Positions 24,634-38,196 of a stretch of 64,000 nucleotides of DNA are shown here, one piece after another. Within the stretch, counting starts at the first letter, position 1; the number at the start of each line of letters is the position of its first letter. The notes beneath the pieces were generated by a model. It saw only the letters and a program-made list of their open reading frames with translations. It was not told the origin of the DNA and did not search any database. The DNA is taken from NCBI RefSeq assembly GCF_018977255.1, contig NW_024704743.1, positions 75,828,001 through 75,892,000 of the forward strand. The letters run 5' to 3'. The stretch comes from Callorhinchus milii (lineage: Eukaryota). The translations under genes and the position numbers were made by a program.

Positions 24634-26484
24634 TAAGGAAAATATGGCACTCTCTGTCCAGTCTTAAGGAAAGAAAGGGTTAGGAATATCCTCCACTTCT
24701 ATTAAACAAGGTAGCATTATACTTCAACCCTGTACAAAAAAGATCAGTTATGTTTCACATATGCCATTCTCTCCCAAGTGTATACTCAGATGAATTCATA
24801 TAATTTTGTTTTTCTTTTTTCATATATTTAAAGACTTGGCTTTGTGCAGTGAGAGTTAAAAAAAAAATTCTTCACTAGCTATTATCAAAAGTCACAGATT
24901 ACTTCTCTAAAGTTCTGTTATTTATTAATGGGCATTAGGGGTATAACACAGTTTTCTCTGACTGAGATGTAAGACATTTTACCGATGAAGCAGATGTCCT
25001 TCATCTAAGGCTTGGTTGGTTTGAAAATGTTAGAAACAACCATTGCTGGCTCTGTGAAAATGTACCATCAACAACAAATGTCATTGTCATCTTCAAAGTT
25101 TACCTATCATGAAAGCTTTTGTTAACCCTACAAACCAAGGCCCTAATGGCCAGGGTGGTCCTAGCTGGATAAGCAGCAGGAAGATTACTAGACAATGGTT
25201 TTAATGGCAAGCTGTACCATTTTAGCTGGTTGAATTGTAGCAGTACCCCAACACAACTCTGAGATCTGGCCAGCTCTCTTCAGGGAGAGTGCATTTGCGT
25301 TATCAAATGCAGGGAAATTTCTATGTGTAGGTGGTAAACAGAAGGCGCAATTCTCAGTCTGGTATGGATATTCTTAAGCATGATGCTAGGGTATGTCAGA
25401 CAACCACTTCTGCTGACCAAAATTATTACTTCCATATCAAATCACATGACATAGATAACACAGGACCATAAGACTTGTTATAAGTATAGCTTGCAATGCG
25501 ACAAATGTATTCCTTAATTAATGTTGGTAGCTTACTTGCCAATTGGCACTGCATATTAGACCAGTGGCCGCCTCTATTTTTTCTCCATTCTTCACTTTGT
25601 CCTGTTAGCATTATATTCTCAATTGCAAGAACAAAAAAACAACACAATAAATTGGTGATTTTGTTCACACCGCAATCATTGGCTCTAGGGCAGATGAAAA
25701 TGAAAGAGCCATGGATTTTATTTTACAGTGTAATAAAATCCTGGGACATCAGCCAAGTGTCTGATATTAGTTTACTGATCAACACATCCAGAACTGTCGT
25801 TTTCTAAAAAATACAGCTGGAGTTTTTTGGCTGGAGGTTTGTTGCATTACTGTATACTCATACACAATAAGTATAGAACAGTGGGACTCAGTGGGCTCAC
25901 GACTTCAGCCAAGCAAAGTCATCTCCTACAGCAATTGTATGTTATCATTCGGGAGCTGCAATCCTGGCAGATATTCTCCTTGAATTTACCCAGATTACTG
26001 CTGAGATCAGCTAAGCAAACACAATTTACTAAGAGTGGTAAATTAACTGCATTAATACAATAACTTGCAATTACATGACACCTTTCATATTAGAACACAT
26101 CTGGTAGTGGGTTCAACATTCAATATATTTTGCAAGTAAGCATTTCTGTGATATGCAGCAAAATCCTGAAGGGAGATTGGTAAACCAAAAATATACAGAC
26201 ACACGTACACACTGCGGCCTTTCTTCATCTGTGACCCTGAATGAGAGTCGGTGATCTTTTTACTCCCAAGGTTTTCACTGGCAAGCTGTACTTGGGCTTT
26301 CACTTGAGCAAAGATCCGGTGTAATCTGTCTTTGACAGGAAAGGTGGTTGAGGCTAGGACACTGGACTTATTTAAAAAACGCCTTGATGTTGTGATGGGA
26401 AAAGGGTAGGCTGGGTCTTCTGGAAGGGTAAGATCAAATGGGCCGAAGAGCCTTCTTCATCCAAACCAATCTGTAATCGTACAG

Positions 26485-26635
26485 TGGAAAATCAGGACAG
26501 ATACTGGACAAGGGTCAAGAGTGGAAAAACTGGTCAACTTTCCCACCTGTCCAGCACAGCTAATTGTAGAAGCCCATTACTACCCTTGTTGAGATCAGCT
26601 AACTAGCATAAAACCGGAACCAGTCTCGCACTTTT
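26485..26635 (-). mobile_element. LF-SINE-like relic
   Basis: GCTAATTGTAGAAGCCC...GTTGAGATCAGCTAACTAGCA resembles the LF-SINE consensus as I recall it (GCCAATTGTAGCGCCCC...GCTGAGATCAGCTAACTCAGCA). Confidence 0.55.
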
Positions 26636-26641
26636 CGGAAT

Positions 26642-26890
26642 GGGGAGGGTAGAATTCCACCTGCACCTCGACATTTTCTTTTCTTAGCACTTCAGAGTCA
26701 GCAAAATTTGTCAAATTTTTAAATTCAGAGTTAATTTTTGAAGCTGTAGTTCTTAAAGGCGCCTTGAGAAAAATACGACTTCAAAATTAAGACTGCGTTT
26801 AAGAATTTACTTTTAAGAATTTGCCAAATCCTGCACACTCTGAATCACTAAGAAAATAGAACAAATAGAACAACGTGGAATTTTTCCCCT
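26642..26890. mobile_element. Palindromic fold-back MITE-like element
   Basis: Imperfect palindrome centred on AAGGC|GCCTT (26760/26761), with ends GGGTAGAATTCCAC ... GTGGAATTTTTCCCC. Related decayed copies at about 5447-5630 and 4525-4630. Confidence 0.6.
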
Positions 26891-27439
26891 GATTTGTGTG
26901 ATGCATTACTCAGTGAGACATGTTTCCCTTACAATAGCCTCTAAGGTTTTCCACTTGATTTAAAGAGAAGAAAGCTATAATGCTCTACAATAACACATCT
27001 GACCTTTTTAAACATTAAAAGCTCAATTTCTCTACAGCCCTCAGTTATTAGGATGTATTCCACCTGTTTTCATTTTATGACTACTTGGTGATCCCAGGGT
27101 TTCTTAAACAACATTTTAATTGCTGCTCTGCCTTTTCTCCATGCACATCCCACATCCTTCCAGTAATGAACAGTGAACACTAGTAACAGACTCCACTGAG
27201 AACTCTATTATAGAAAAATATCTGAAGGCTCCACCATACTGTTCTCTCACCTCTGCAAGACCTTACATCTTTCATCCTTAAGGAACCCTGCTGAATGTGT
27301 AATGCATTGCTCCTTGGATTTCCCCTAATGCCTATTGCAATTTTCTTTTCCAATATTTCACTTTTCACCCATCTTTTAAACATCTATTTTATAAATGTAT
27401 TCCAAATCTTTTGGTTTCTTTGAAAATATTAAACAATAA

Positions 27440-27832
27440 ATTTGCATTTGATACTATTCTGTAAAATAGAGTGGATTTTGCATTAGGAAGTGAATGCACA
27501 GTCAATTTACACACCGTAATGTCCCACAAACAGCCATGAGGTGAATGATCAATTCTATCTTTTCAAATAGTGGCATGAAATCCACTAATAGAGTTCTCTG
27601 TGGAGTCTGTCAGTAATGTTCACTGTTCATTATTGGAGGGATAGGAGATGTTCCGCCCTTCAGGCAGACGGGACCTCATCTGAAGGACAGCACCTCTGCT
27701 AATGCAGGACTCCTCCAGCAATGTACCCCAGCCCTGTATTCAGCCTTGACTATGAGCTCAAAGTCCTGATATGGGGCTTGAACCCACAACCTTCTGACTC
27801 AGCGGCAAGTTTGCTGCCAACTGAACTTGGCA
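27440..27832 (-). mobile_element. DeuSINE with a foreign inverted insert at 27586-27642
   Basis: Tail, AAATAGTGGCATG, CAGGCAGACGGGACC and tRNA-like head are present on both sides of the insert. Confidence 0.8.
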
Positions 27833-27842
27833 AAACCTTTTA

Positions 27843-28817
27843 CATTAGAATATACAGCACAGAAACAGGCTATGCGTCCCAACTGGTCTACACTGGTGCT
27901 TAAGCTCCACATGAGCATCCTCCTGTCCTTCCTCAACTAAGCCTTCAAGCATAACCTTCTATTCCTTTCTCCTTCGTGTACCCATCTAGCTTCCCCTTAA
28001 ATACATCTATGCTATTTGCCTCAACAATTTTGTGTGGTAGCAAGTTCCACATTCCCACTACTCTCTGTGTGAAGAAATTTCTTCTAACTTCCCTATTTGA
28101 TCTATTTGTGACTATTTTATATTGATGGCCCGTGGTTTTGGTCTCCCCCACAAGTGGAAACATCTTCTCTATGTCTACCCTATGAAAACCTTTCATAATT
28201 TTAAAGATCTCTATCAGATCATCCCTTACCCTCCACAAGCATGTTCAACCTTTCCTGATAGCTATAACCTCTCAGTTCTGGGATCATACTTGTGAATCTC
28301 CTTTGCATCCTCTCCAGTGCCTCTACATCCCTTCTATAATGTGGGGACCAGAACTGCACACAGTATTCTAATTGTGGTCTAATCATGTTTTTATAGAAGT
28401 TTACCATAACTTCCCTGCTTTTCATTTCTATCCCTCTAGAAAGGAACCCCGATGCCTGGTTTGCTTTTTTTATGGCCTTATTAACCTGCGTTGCTACTTT
28501 TAGTGAATTGTGTATGTGTTCCCCTTTGCTCCTCTACTCCATTTAGGTTTTTATTTTCCAGGATCTATGTGATTTCCTTATTCCTTCTACCAAAATGTAT
28601 CACCTCACACTTTTCTATATTGAAATGCATTTGCCATTTGAAGACCCACTCAGCAAGTTTATCAATGTCTTGCTGCAATTTGTTGCAGAATCCTCCTCTG
28701 TATTAACTATTCCCCCCAGTTTGGTGTCGTCCGCAAATTTTTAAATTGTACTGCTGATTCCCGAGTCCAAATCATTAATGTATATTGTGAACAACAGTGG
28801 TCCTAAAACCGATCCCT
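27843..28817 (-). mobile_element. CR1 LINE 3' fragment
   Basis: FADD-region remnant (plus strand GTGTCGTCCGCAAA), ORFs with RPQLEYCVQFW and RNFFTQRVV, CR1-type 3'UTR. Confidence 0.95.
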
Positions 28818-29655
28818 CATCCATACATTTATTAAATTAAGGCATGACTACGCCAATTCCCTGCCTGTCGGTCTTCCTCCAGCCCTATCAACTCCACCCT
28901 CATCTGTCTCCACTGACTCCCCAAGTCTCAAGACCTCCTCTTCGACCACGCCTTCAGCCACCCTCCTACCTTTACAAATCCAGCCCTCCATCGCTCCTGA
29001 TCCCAACCACCTGCTTGGGTTCAAATCCTAGACTGTCCAGCGCCTTGAGACATCCTCCCGACGTGAAAGGCGCTATACAAATGTTGTTGTTAACTGTATG
29101 TGACTGATTAGTTCTATATAATAATCCTTACACTTGCCAGGGTGTCTTTCCAATCAGGAGGATCTTCCAAAGTGTTTCACAGGACACATTGTGATTGTAT
29201 GTTTTGTGGGTGAACGAGTTTAGTTTATTCGAGTTTAGCTAGAGCCTTCCTTCATCTCATTGGCCGATCACTTAAAATGTCCTTTAAACTAATGTTAAAG
29301 CGTAACACCGGGTTGATGGATCAGGAGGTGTCTCAGGTTTACAGATCAGTAGTACTAATCATCACAATCCTGGGGAATTATTCATCAATAGGACAAGCAG
29401 CATATACAAATTGGAAAAATGACCAGTGCATCTAGGTCGTGCTATTTGGTTTATGTCAGGCCCACTAAGCTTAAGGTTGGGACAATCACTGCATAGGGTG
29501 AATTAGAAGCGAAACATAATGTAACTAATGAGTACTTATGAGCTGATCAAGACCTCAGGTGACGTCTCACTGACTTTGAAAGGAGGTGAAAAGATTTTAA
29601 AAAGTTGATATTAAAAAAATCCTTTCAGAACCTTGAAAATAATTAATACTACTGC

Positions 29656-30008
29656 TAATAATAATCCTTGCATTTGATATAGCACCTTATCACATTGTTG
29701 AGACGTGTCAAAGTGCTTCACAGAATATACTGTAAAGTGGAGTGACTGTATATTTTGTGGGCGAAACACCAATTGCACACAACAGTATCGCACAAACAGT
29801 CGTGGATTGAGTGACCACATTTTTTTGAGGGATTATTATCCCCGGAAAGCGATCTGCTGATGGACTAACAATTGGGTTCCTGGTTACCGCTAGGTAAACA
29901 GAGGTATGTGGACGAAGGAAACTTGCCTAAGGTTTTACCCTGCCCGGGAAGCATACCATGGTCCTCTTGTTTGCGAGATGAGCGAGCTAACGTCTACACT
30001 GCAGGACC
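29656..30008 (-). mobile_element. tRNA-headed SINE, long subfamily
   Basis: Same head, core and tail as the other copies. Confidence 0.88.
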
Positions 30009-30889
30009 CAAAAGATTTGCAAAGCATGTTCTTCAAAAGAATCCTGATTCAGTACATGATTCTGGTGAACAGGGCAATTATTATCACTCAGGTACACATG
30101 ACTAACAGCAGACAGGTAAAGGGACTGAGTCTTGATCGCAAAGCATGCATGAACCAGAACTTGCTTACAGGACCTATTGTATCTCACCAAGAAAATAAAA
30201 CCGCGAAACCCAGATCAAACATCTTTGCAATTTTAATGACATAAAATATATTCTCACCTAACATTGTTCAAAATTCACTGTTTGATTTATTCTCAGACCT
30301 ACACAATTCTAACTCACTTGCAGTAGTTTATAGCAGCCTCTACCTTAACCATGAATTATTTTGATATTTTGCAATGATTTTCATGTTGATGAAGTAGCTG
30401 TATACTTTGTTTACATGGGATATAAGTCTGCTGACATATTGACATATAATGCAGTTCAATGTGTATGTAAAATGCTGTTGCCCGCTTCAAGCTATGTTGG
30501 CAGTGGCCATGGGTCAGAGATAGCTGAGCAAGTGACACCAAACAGCTACCACACTTAACATCTAGTACAGACACCACAAGAATATTTTTCCCTTATCTTT
30601 CTGTGTAATAAAGATAAACATGAAACCTAATCTCAGACCTCTGGTCACTACACGTGCACTGCAGGAAACAAACATCAGACATCTAGTAAACAGATGAATC
30701 AGAGAACTACTGATCATGAACCCACTCCACACTGTTGCAGAATAACAATGTGCATGTTTAGTGATGCACTCGTGGAAGATATACAAGTTATTTGGACTGG
30801 CTTTGTCCGGATGTGCAATACCTTGTACTACAAACATGCTACTTATGATCCTGCCCTCATTGCACATCCACCCATGTGGATTTATGATC

Positions 30890-32930
30890 AGAACATAAGA
30901 ACATAAGAATTAGGATCAGGAGTAGGCCATTCGGCCCCTCGAGCCTGCCCCGCCATTCGATAAGATCATGGCTGATCTTCAGACATAACTATAATTACCA
31001 GCCCTATCCCCATATCCCCTAATCCCTCTTTTTTTAAAACATCTATCAGTCTCAGCCTTGAAGATGTTCAAGGACTGAGCATCTACAGCCTTCTGGGGTA
31101 GTGAATTCCATAAATTCACTACCCTCTGAGTGAAGAAATGTTTCCTCAACTCTATTCTAAGAGGCTGACCCTTAATTGTAAGACTGTGACCCCTGGTTAT
31201 AGATTCTCCTACCGAGTGAAACAGTCCCTCAGTGTCTACTTTATCCAGCCCTTTAAAAATCTTATATGTTTCAATAAGATCTCCCCTAATTCTTCTGTAC
31301 TCTGGAGAATACAGCCCTAGTTTATTCAGCCTATCCTCATTGGTCACTCCCCTCATCCCAGAAACTAACTTAGTGAATCTACGCTGCACCCCCTCTAGGG
31401 CAAGTATGTCCTTTTTTAAATAAGGAGACCAAAACTGCACACAATACTCTAGGTGCGGTCTCACCAAGGCCCTATACAGTTGCAGCAAGACTTCCCTACT
31501 CTTGTTCTCTAAACCTTTTGCAATGAACGCTAACATGCTGTTCACCTTCTTAGTTGCTTGCTGCACCTGCAAACTAACTTTTTGAGACTGGTGTACAAGG
31601 ATACCCAAATTCCTCTGAACACTAACACTATCTAATCTCTCCTCCTCTAGAAAATAATCTGTTTTTCTATTTTTTCTACCTAGGTGAATAACTTCACACG
31701 TCCCCACATTAAATTCCATCTGCCACCTACTCGCCCACTCCCCTAGCCTATCTATATCCCGTTGCAATCTTTTTGCATCATCCTCAGAGCTTACTCTCCC
31801 ACCTAGTTTAGTGTCATCCGCGAATTTAGATACGTTACATTCAATGTCCTCGTCTAGATCATTGATGTAAATTGTAAATAGCTGAGGCCCAAGCACTGAT
31901 CCTTGTGACACTCCACTAGTCACATCCTGCCAATTCGAGAATGACCCGTTTATCCCTACTCTCTGGTTTCTATCCGTTAGCCACTCTTCAATCCATGCTA
32001 ATATGTTCCCATTAATCCTGTGGGCCTTAACCTTGTGCAATAGCCTTTTGTGTGGCACTTTGTCAAATCCTTTTTAAAATCCAAATATACTACATCTACT
32101 AGTTCCCCCCTATCTAACCTGCTAGATACATCTTCAAAAAACTCTAAAAGATTAGTTAAGCATGACTTCCCTTTTGTAAAGCCATGTTGACTCTTCACAA
32201 TCTTGTTTTGGTCTTCCAGGAATCCCATAATGACATCTTTAATTAAGGACTCAAGAATTTTCCCTACCACTGATGTCAGACTAACTGGTCTATAGTTCTC
32301 CATCTTTTCTCTCCCACCCTTCTTAAATAGTGGTGTTATGTTTGCAATCTTCCAATCAATTGGAACCGTTCCAGAATCCAGAGCATTTTGGAAGATCAAA
32401 GACAAGCCATCCACTATCTCAATAGCCACCTCTTTTAAAACCCTAGGATGTAGGCCATCAGGTCCAGGAGATTTATTAGTTTTAAGACCTGACAATTTAC
32501 CTAAAACCATTTCTTTACTAATATTAATTCCCCAAGTTGCTCGCTAACATTGTCTTCTTGGAAACCTACCCCTCTATTCCTGGTAGGTTTTCAGTGTCTT
32601 CTAAGGTGAAGACAGTAGCAAAAGTACTTGTTTAATGACTCTGCCATGTCTTTGTCCCCTACTATAATTCCCCCCGTCTCTGCCTGTAGCGGACCCACAT
32701 TTACCTTTGACAGCTTCTTCCTCTTTATATATTTTTAAAAACTCTTGCAGTCTGTCTTTATGTTCTTCGCTAGTTTGCCCTCATATTCCATTTTCTCCCT
32801 CTTAATCACTTTTTTTAGTTCTCCTTTGTTGATCCCTAAAGTTCTCCCAATCCTCGGGTTTACTACTCATCTTAGCTGTTTTATAGGCTTCTTCCTTTAA
32901 CTTTATACTTTCCCTAACTTTTCCTATCAG
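30890..32930 (-). mobile_element. CR1 LINE, 5'-truncated, ORF2 reverse transcriptase with frameshift
   Basis: ORFs 31998-32510 and 30979-32058 contain KSPGPDG, NYRPVSLTS, QHGF, YLDF, QGSVLGP, FADD and RPHLEYC, and are offset by a frameshift near 32060. The 3' tail is (AACATAAG)n on plus at about 30892-30909. Confidence 0.97.
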
Positions 32931-33253
32931 CGAGCAAGGATCTTGAAGCACTAATTGTGCTTTCACTTGCAGGGTTATTTTTGTTTTTGACAGGGGAGAG
33001 GGGAGCGGGGATTGTGCTGTGTTTACACACTGGTTTTCAGGTTCTTAATCAGCGGTCTGGGACATGGCTGATGAATAAAAGATGCAATAATAATCCTTAT
33101 ATTCAATATAGGGCCTTTCACGTCATGAGAACTTCAGGATATACTGTAATGTCTAGTGACTGTGTATTTTGTAGACAAATGCAGCAAACAATTTGCTCAC
33201 AGCAATGTCCCAATGAGATTAATCAGTAAATGTGGCTGGAAGGAGCCAGCAGG

Positions 33254-33577
33254 ATAATAATAATCCTTGCATTTGATATAGCGCTTTTCACGTCTTCTAG
33301 ACTTCCCAAAGCGCTTCACAGAATATACTGTAAAGTGAATTGACTGTATATTTGTGGGCGAATGTGGCAGCCAATTGCGCACAGCAATGTACCACAAAGT
33401 CGTAGATTGAAAATGACCAATTTATTATTGATTTTTTACTTGTTTTTTTTGGAGGGATTATTATTAGGCGTGTGGAGTAAGGAAACTTGCCCAAGGTTTC
33501 CCCCTGACCTGCCTGGAATTGAACTCAGATCTCTCGCTTGCAAAGCGAGTGCTCTAACCACTGAGCTACAGGACTCC
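33254..33577 (-). mobile_element. tRNA-headed SINE, short subfamily
   Basis: Reverse complement of the 10397-10716 family. Confidence 0.92.
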
Positions 33578-34149
33578 GATAAGACATTCATAGCTGTTGC
33601 ACTCTGAGCAACTGAAAGGGCAATCAGAGAAATCATACTGATACTCTCACTCAATCTGCAATTCCCAATTCATTTAAAAGATGTCTGCTGAGCCTAATGT
33701 ATCACCTGCAAACTCTGAGCCAGGTAATTCACTGGGAGTGGGTTCATAAAGTTGTCTTTCTCCACCTCCCGCTTTCCTCTCAATGATCGTTTTTGTTGCT
33801 GTGCTGCTCTGTGTTGATGTGAAATGTGAGTTCAATGTACTTTCTGTGATCAGATCAAATGAAGTTCAGCTGCAGCTCACTGCCAGCTGCTGCAACTCAC
33901 AGCGTGAAGTGCAAGAGAGCATTTTTGGTACTATTCTGTGCTCACATTATCATCTTAATTCACTTTTTCTTCATACCAATCCTTCTCTTTTCTTTCCCTT
34001 TCATTAATCATATTGGTCCTGCATCCATACCACTCTAAGGGCTGCATTCAGCCTGCTATCAAAGGTAATGGGTCTAATTTGTGGGTTGTGCTAACTATGT
34101 GTGAAGAGTTGTCCTGAATTATATAATGGACAGCCAATGAAAATAATAA

Positions 34150-34560
34150 TAAATAATAATAATTCTTGCATTTGATAAAATACCTTTCACAACAGGATGA
34201 TATCTCAAAGCGCTTCACAGAATTTTATTATGAAGCCTAGTGGCTGTATTATCTTGTAGACCAATAAGGCAACCATTTTGTTATTGCATAATAATGACCC
34301 ACAAACAGTCATGAAGTAAATAGCTCACTTTATTTGGGGGATTGTTGACCAGGACACCAGGAGAAACTCTCTCCTCTGTTTGAATAGTGCCATGGGATCT
34401 TTAACCTCTACTGAACTAGGCAGACGGGACGTCAGTTTAACATCTCATCCAAAGGACGGCACCTCTGATAAAGCAGCACTCCCCCAGGATTGAATTGGGT
34501 TGTCAGCCTAGACTCTGTTCAAAGGTCCGAAATGGGGCTTGAGCCCACCACTTTCTGACC
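34150..34560 (-). mobile_element. DeuSINE
   Basis: Deu domain AATAGTGCCATGGGATCTTTAAC...GTTTAACATCTCATCCAAAGGACGGCACC. Confidence 0.88.
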
Positions 34561-35049
34561 TATTCCATTCATTTGTAATTCCCCTCTATACTTATGTGCA
34601 GCACAAGCCACAATTGGGAACTCATGATATTAGCTGCTACAGTATGTGTGACTGACTGCGGTGCACTTTGGGCAATTTTGATTTCTCCCTTATCATTAGG
34701 CCTGACCCCCAGTTAGTTTCTGACTGGCAGAGATGTACAGCATTTTTTCCCTAATGGTTATAGCAATGGAGTTCAGAAAGACGATATCGAGAGTTTGAAT
34801 TTCTTAAATTTAAATTAATTAAACCAAAAAAAAGAATCAGCAAGCAGGACACTCATTATTACCATTCACAATGCCAAAAACGAGAGGGAAGGTGTCTTTT
34901 TGTGTATTTTCACTGCAATCGAGTATTAACAGGAGGCACAGCTGCTGTACTTATGGAAAGGTGCTAACAATAGAGGGCAATCCCAGCAGCCAAGCATATT
35001 TGCCTGCCACTCACAATGTATTGTAAAATACTTTGCCACTCAAATTATC

Positions 35050-35672
35050 CTCAGTGTGTTGAAGTGCTCAGTCTTGAAATAAAACAACTCAGAGGGCATC
35101 TTATAACAGTATATAAGATTTTAAATGGTATTGAAAAAAGTAAGCAACAACAAATTACATTTGTATATTGCCTTTCGCATCGGGAGGACATCTTGTGGAA
35201 GCAAGAGTTGGATAGACTGAAAGCAGGGAGTTAAGCATAATCGAGCCTGGAAGTGATGAATACGTTGATGAGGGTCACGGCGGCCTGAGGGGAGAGTTAG
35301 TAGCGGAGCTGGACGGTGTTGCGGAGGTGGGTGAAGGCAGAATGGGTCATGACACTGAGACAGGGTTTGTGTCGAACATTGCTTAATGCATTTTTGGCAT
35401 AAACCACAAACAATGCTTTAAGATGCACTGAGACTGAAGAACCAGAGATGGGTTTAGATTTGCAAAGAGTAATTTACGGATAGGTACCAAAAGTTTGTTC
35501 TTTACTCAGAGGGTAATTAACGACTGGTTACCAGCGGGGTTGACCAGCCAGGACATTGGACTCATTTAAAAAGCAGCTTCATGGTGTGACAGGAGGATAT
35601 TTGGGTGGGTATTTTGGACGGATGAGATCAAACGGGCTGAAGGATCTTCATCATCTGATCCCATCTTGTCAT
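35050..35672 (+). mobile_element. Old CR1 3' end interrupted by a minus-strand L2 fragment (about 35140-35370)
   Basis: QLRGHLITVYKILNGIE, then FFTQRVIN-like sequence and a CR1 3'UTR after the L2 piece. Confidence 0.7.
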
Positions 35673-38196
35673 TTTGTGGTTTTACATTAGTGTTGCTCAG
35701 TGGCGGGTTTTGGGGGTACAGTAAAACATACTCTTGGGGGTTTTGACATTAAGTCACATTTTATGCAGGGAAGGAAATACATGCACTAAGCAGTACCATT
35801 CAAGTAGAAAATTAACAACTAAACCTAGAATTAAGGGACCGAACAGACTATATTATGTCCAGTGACAATTTACATCAAAGTTTTTGAGCAATAGCCAATG
35901 GAGTTATCAAAGAAATGGGAGGGGGTTGGAATTTCCCCTGTTAAAAGCTATGAAGATATCAATGCCATCAGTTAAACAGGAAGAAGTCAATCCTCTCCCC
36001 TTTCCTTTGTAGTACATGTCACAGATAGCGGTTACCGCAGATTGTTGAAAACAACAACTAAGTTTGAAAATGCAAAACCTGCAAAACAGAAGTCACTGTC
36101 CTGCTTCTTGTTTTGAGATATTTCCTTTCTTTTCCCTTACTTCGCTTTTTCTAGGCTATATTTCAGCGATCAGATTAACTTTTAAGCAGAGGTGTCAGCT
36201 TGGCTCAATTGGTCGCATTCTTGCCTCAGAAGGTTGTGGGTTCAATAGGAAAAGACTCACAAAAAGATTGGAAGGAAAAACACCAGTCATTGAATGCTCT
36301 TTGCATGGCGTTGGTTCAAAGATTTTTTCTGCTATTTTATGAAACTTTTTATGTAGCAAATTGTGCAATTTAATTTACAACCATAAAGTTATTATTAGTG
36401 CAGCAATTCTGTTTAATGAACTTCTAATTTCCAATGTTCCTGAGCTTTTACAGACTTGGGAGGATTTAGTCATGGTTTGATTAGACTTGAAGCCTTATAT
36501 ATGTGCACAGAGCACTGCAGCTTTCGCAATGACGACCCAGCCAGAGTTACTCATTCGAGTTCCTAGACTTTTTGAACACTGAAGAATGCCACTCAACCCA
36601 TCGTGCCGGTGCTAGCTCTCTGCAAGCGCTCTCTGTTTAGCGGCATTGTGATATGTCACTTCAGCAGAATGCAATGATTATTTGCAACTGAAATGCAAGC
36701 TTGTATTGAGTGCGTGGTCCCAAAGTACAACAAAATACTAGCAAAGGCATTGAATGAATGTATTAAAGTGTCAGCAGAGCACTGCATTGTCAGAGACGCT
36801 GTCCTTCAGATGAGATGTTTAACCAATGTCCCATCTGTTCAATTGGATGTTAAAGATCCTATGGCAGCGTTAGAAAAGAGAAGGAAGCTTCTCCCAGTAT
36901 TCTGGCCTTCGATCCTAAAGATAAAAATCGGTTGTCCACTTCATGGCTTTTTAGTGGAAAATTGCTAATTGTAAATCATATGTCACGTTTGCCTGCAAAT
37001 GCACAATGACTCCATTTAATAGTAGTTCCTGTAAAGTCCTCATATTTTAAAATGGCATATACCAAATACAACAATTATGAGTCTAACTTCTCTGCTTGAG
37101 ACTTGGGCTAAAATCTGTTTAGTTTCATAACAAGTTCCTTCTGGTTAATAATCATAACGAACACAATAGACTCTGCTAATTTTGCTTCCATCGTGTGGAG
37201 GATGGAGCCATTCATATCAGTGACAAGAGGAAAAAAAGAGAATCAACCACACGACATGTTGCTGGTGTAAAATTAATGAAGAACGCATTCCTTCGTTTTT
37301 TATGTTCAGTATCTCGGGCTGCAGATGACACTGGGTGAAGGAATTAGCATTTATTATAGAGCAGTATGTGCATTTGAAAGAATTCAAGTACAACATATCT
37401 TCTTAATGATGATGTCCATAAGACATGGAGCTAGTTAGGATGGTAAACAATGTGTAGATATGGACAAATAGAATGAGCTGCCATAGAGTTTGATTACTAC
37501 ACTACTTAGCTGCTGTTAAACTGCTTAATTTACCTAATTTCATCAAAATTTTCATTAATAATAAATAATAATCTTTGAAGAGGTACGGGGTTAGGCAGGG
37601 CAGTGGGATCGAATGAACAGCTTGATCTATGATTGGTGCATGGGCCGAATGGCCTCCTTCTGCGCTATAAATTGGCATTAGCAGGTCACAGAGGAAAGAG
37701 TAAGGCTGTGGAGAGCTTTGAAAATAACAAACATCCAAAATAATACTAACTTTACAATAATAAAGCCCTTCTAACATCAGGGATAACATTATTCTTTCTA
37801 CCACCAATGTAGTATACTGTATCTGCTGCTCACAGTGTGGTCTCCTCTATATTGGGGAGACTAAGTGCAGATTGGGTGACCGATTTGCAGAACAACTCCG
37901 TTCTGTACGTAAGGTCACCCCTGATCTTCCTGTCTCCTGCCATTTTAACTCACACTCCCATTCGCAGTCTGACCTCTCCATCCATGGTCTCCTACGCTGT
38001 TTCAATGATCCACAGCGAAAGCTTGAGGAACAGCATCTTATCTATCTGCTAGGGACCCTACAGCCCTCTGGCCTCAATATCGATTTCAGCCACTTCAGAC
38101 CATAATAGCTCACCTTCCCCCCACCCCCTCTTTCTGTTACCAGAGGGGTTATCTTCTGTTATCATTACAATCATCACCCCAGACACTCTTTGTTGC

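Noticed and set aside
27154..27642. MITE with 57-bp TIRs
   Set aside because: The right arm lies inside a SINE that extends on both sides of it, which is incompatible with a single TIR insertion; kept as a templated inversion finding.
30979..32058. Longest ORF (359 aa) as a host gene or active retrotransposon
   Set aside because: It is CR1 ORF2; the element is 5'-truncated and frameshifted near 32060.
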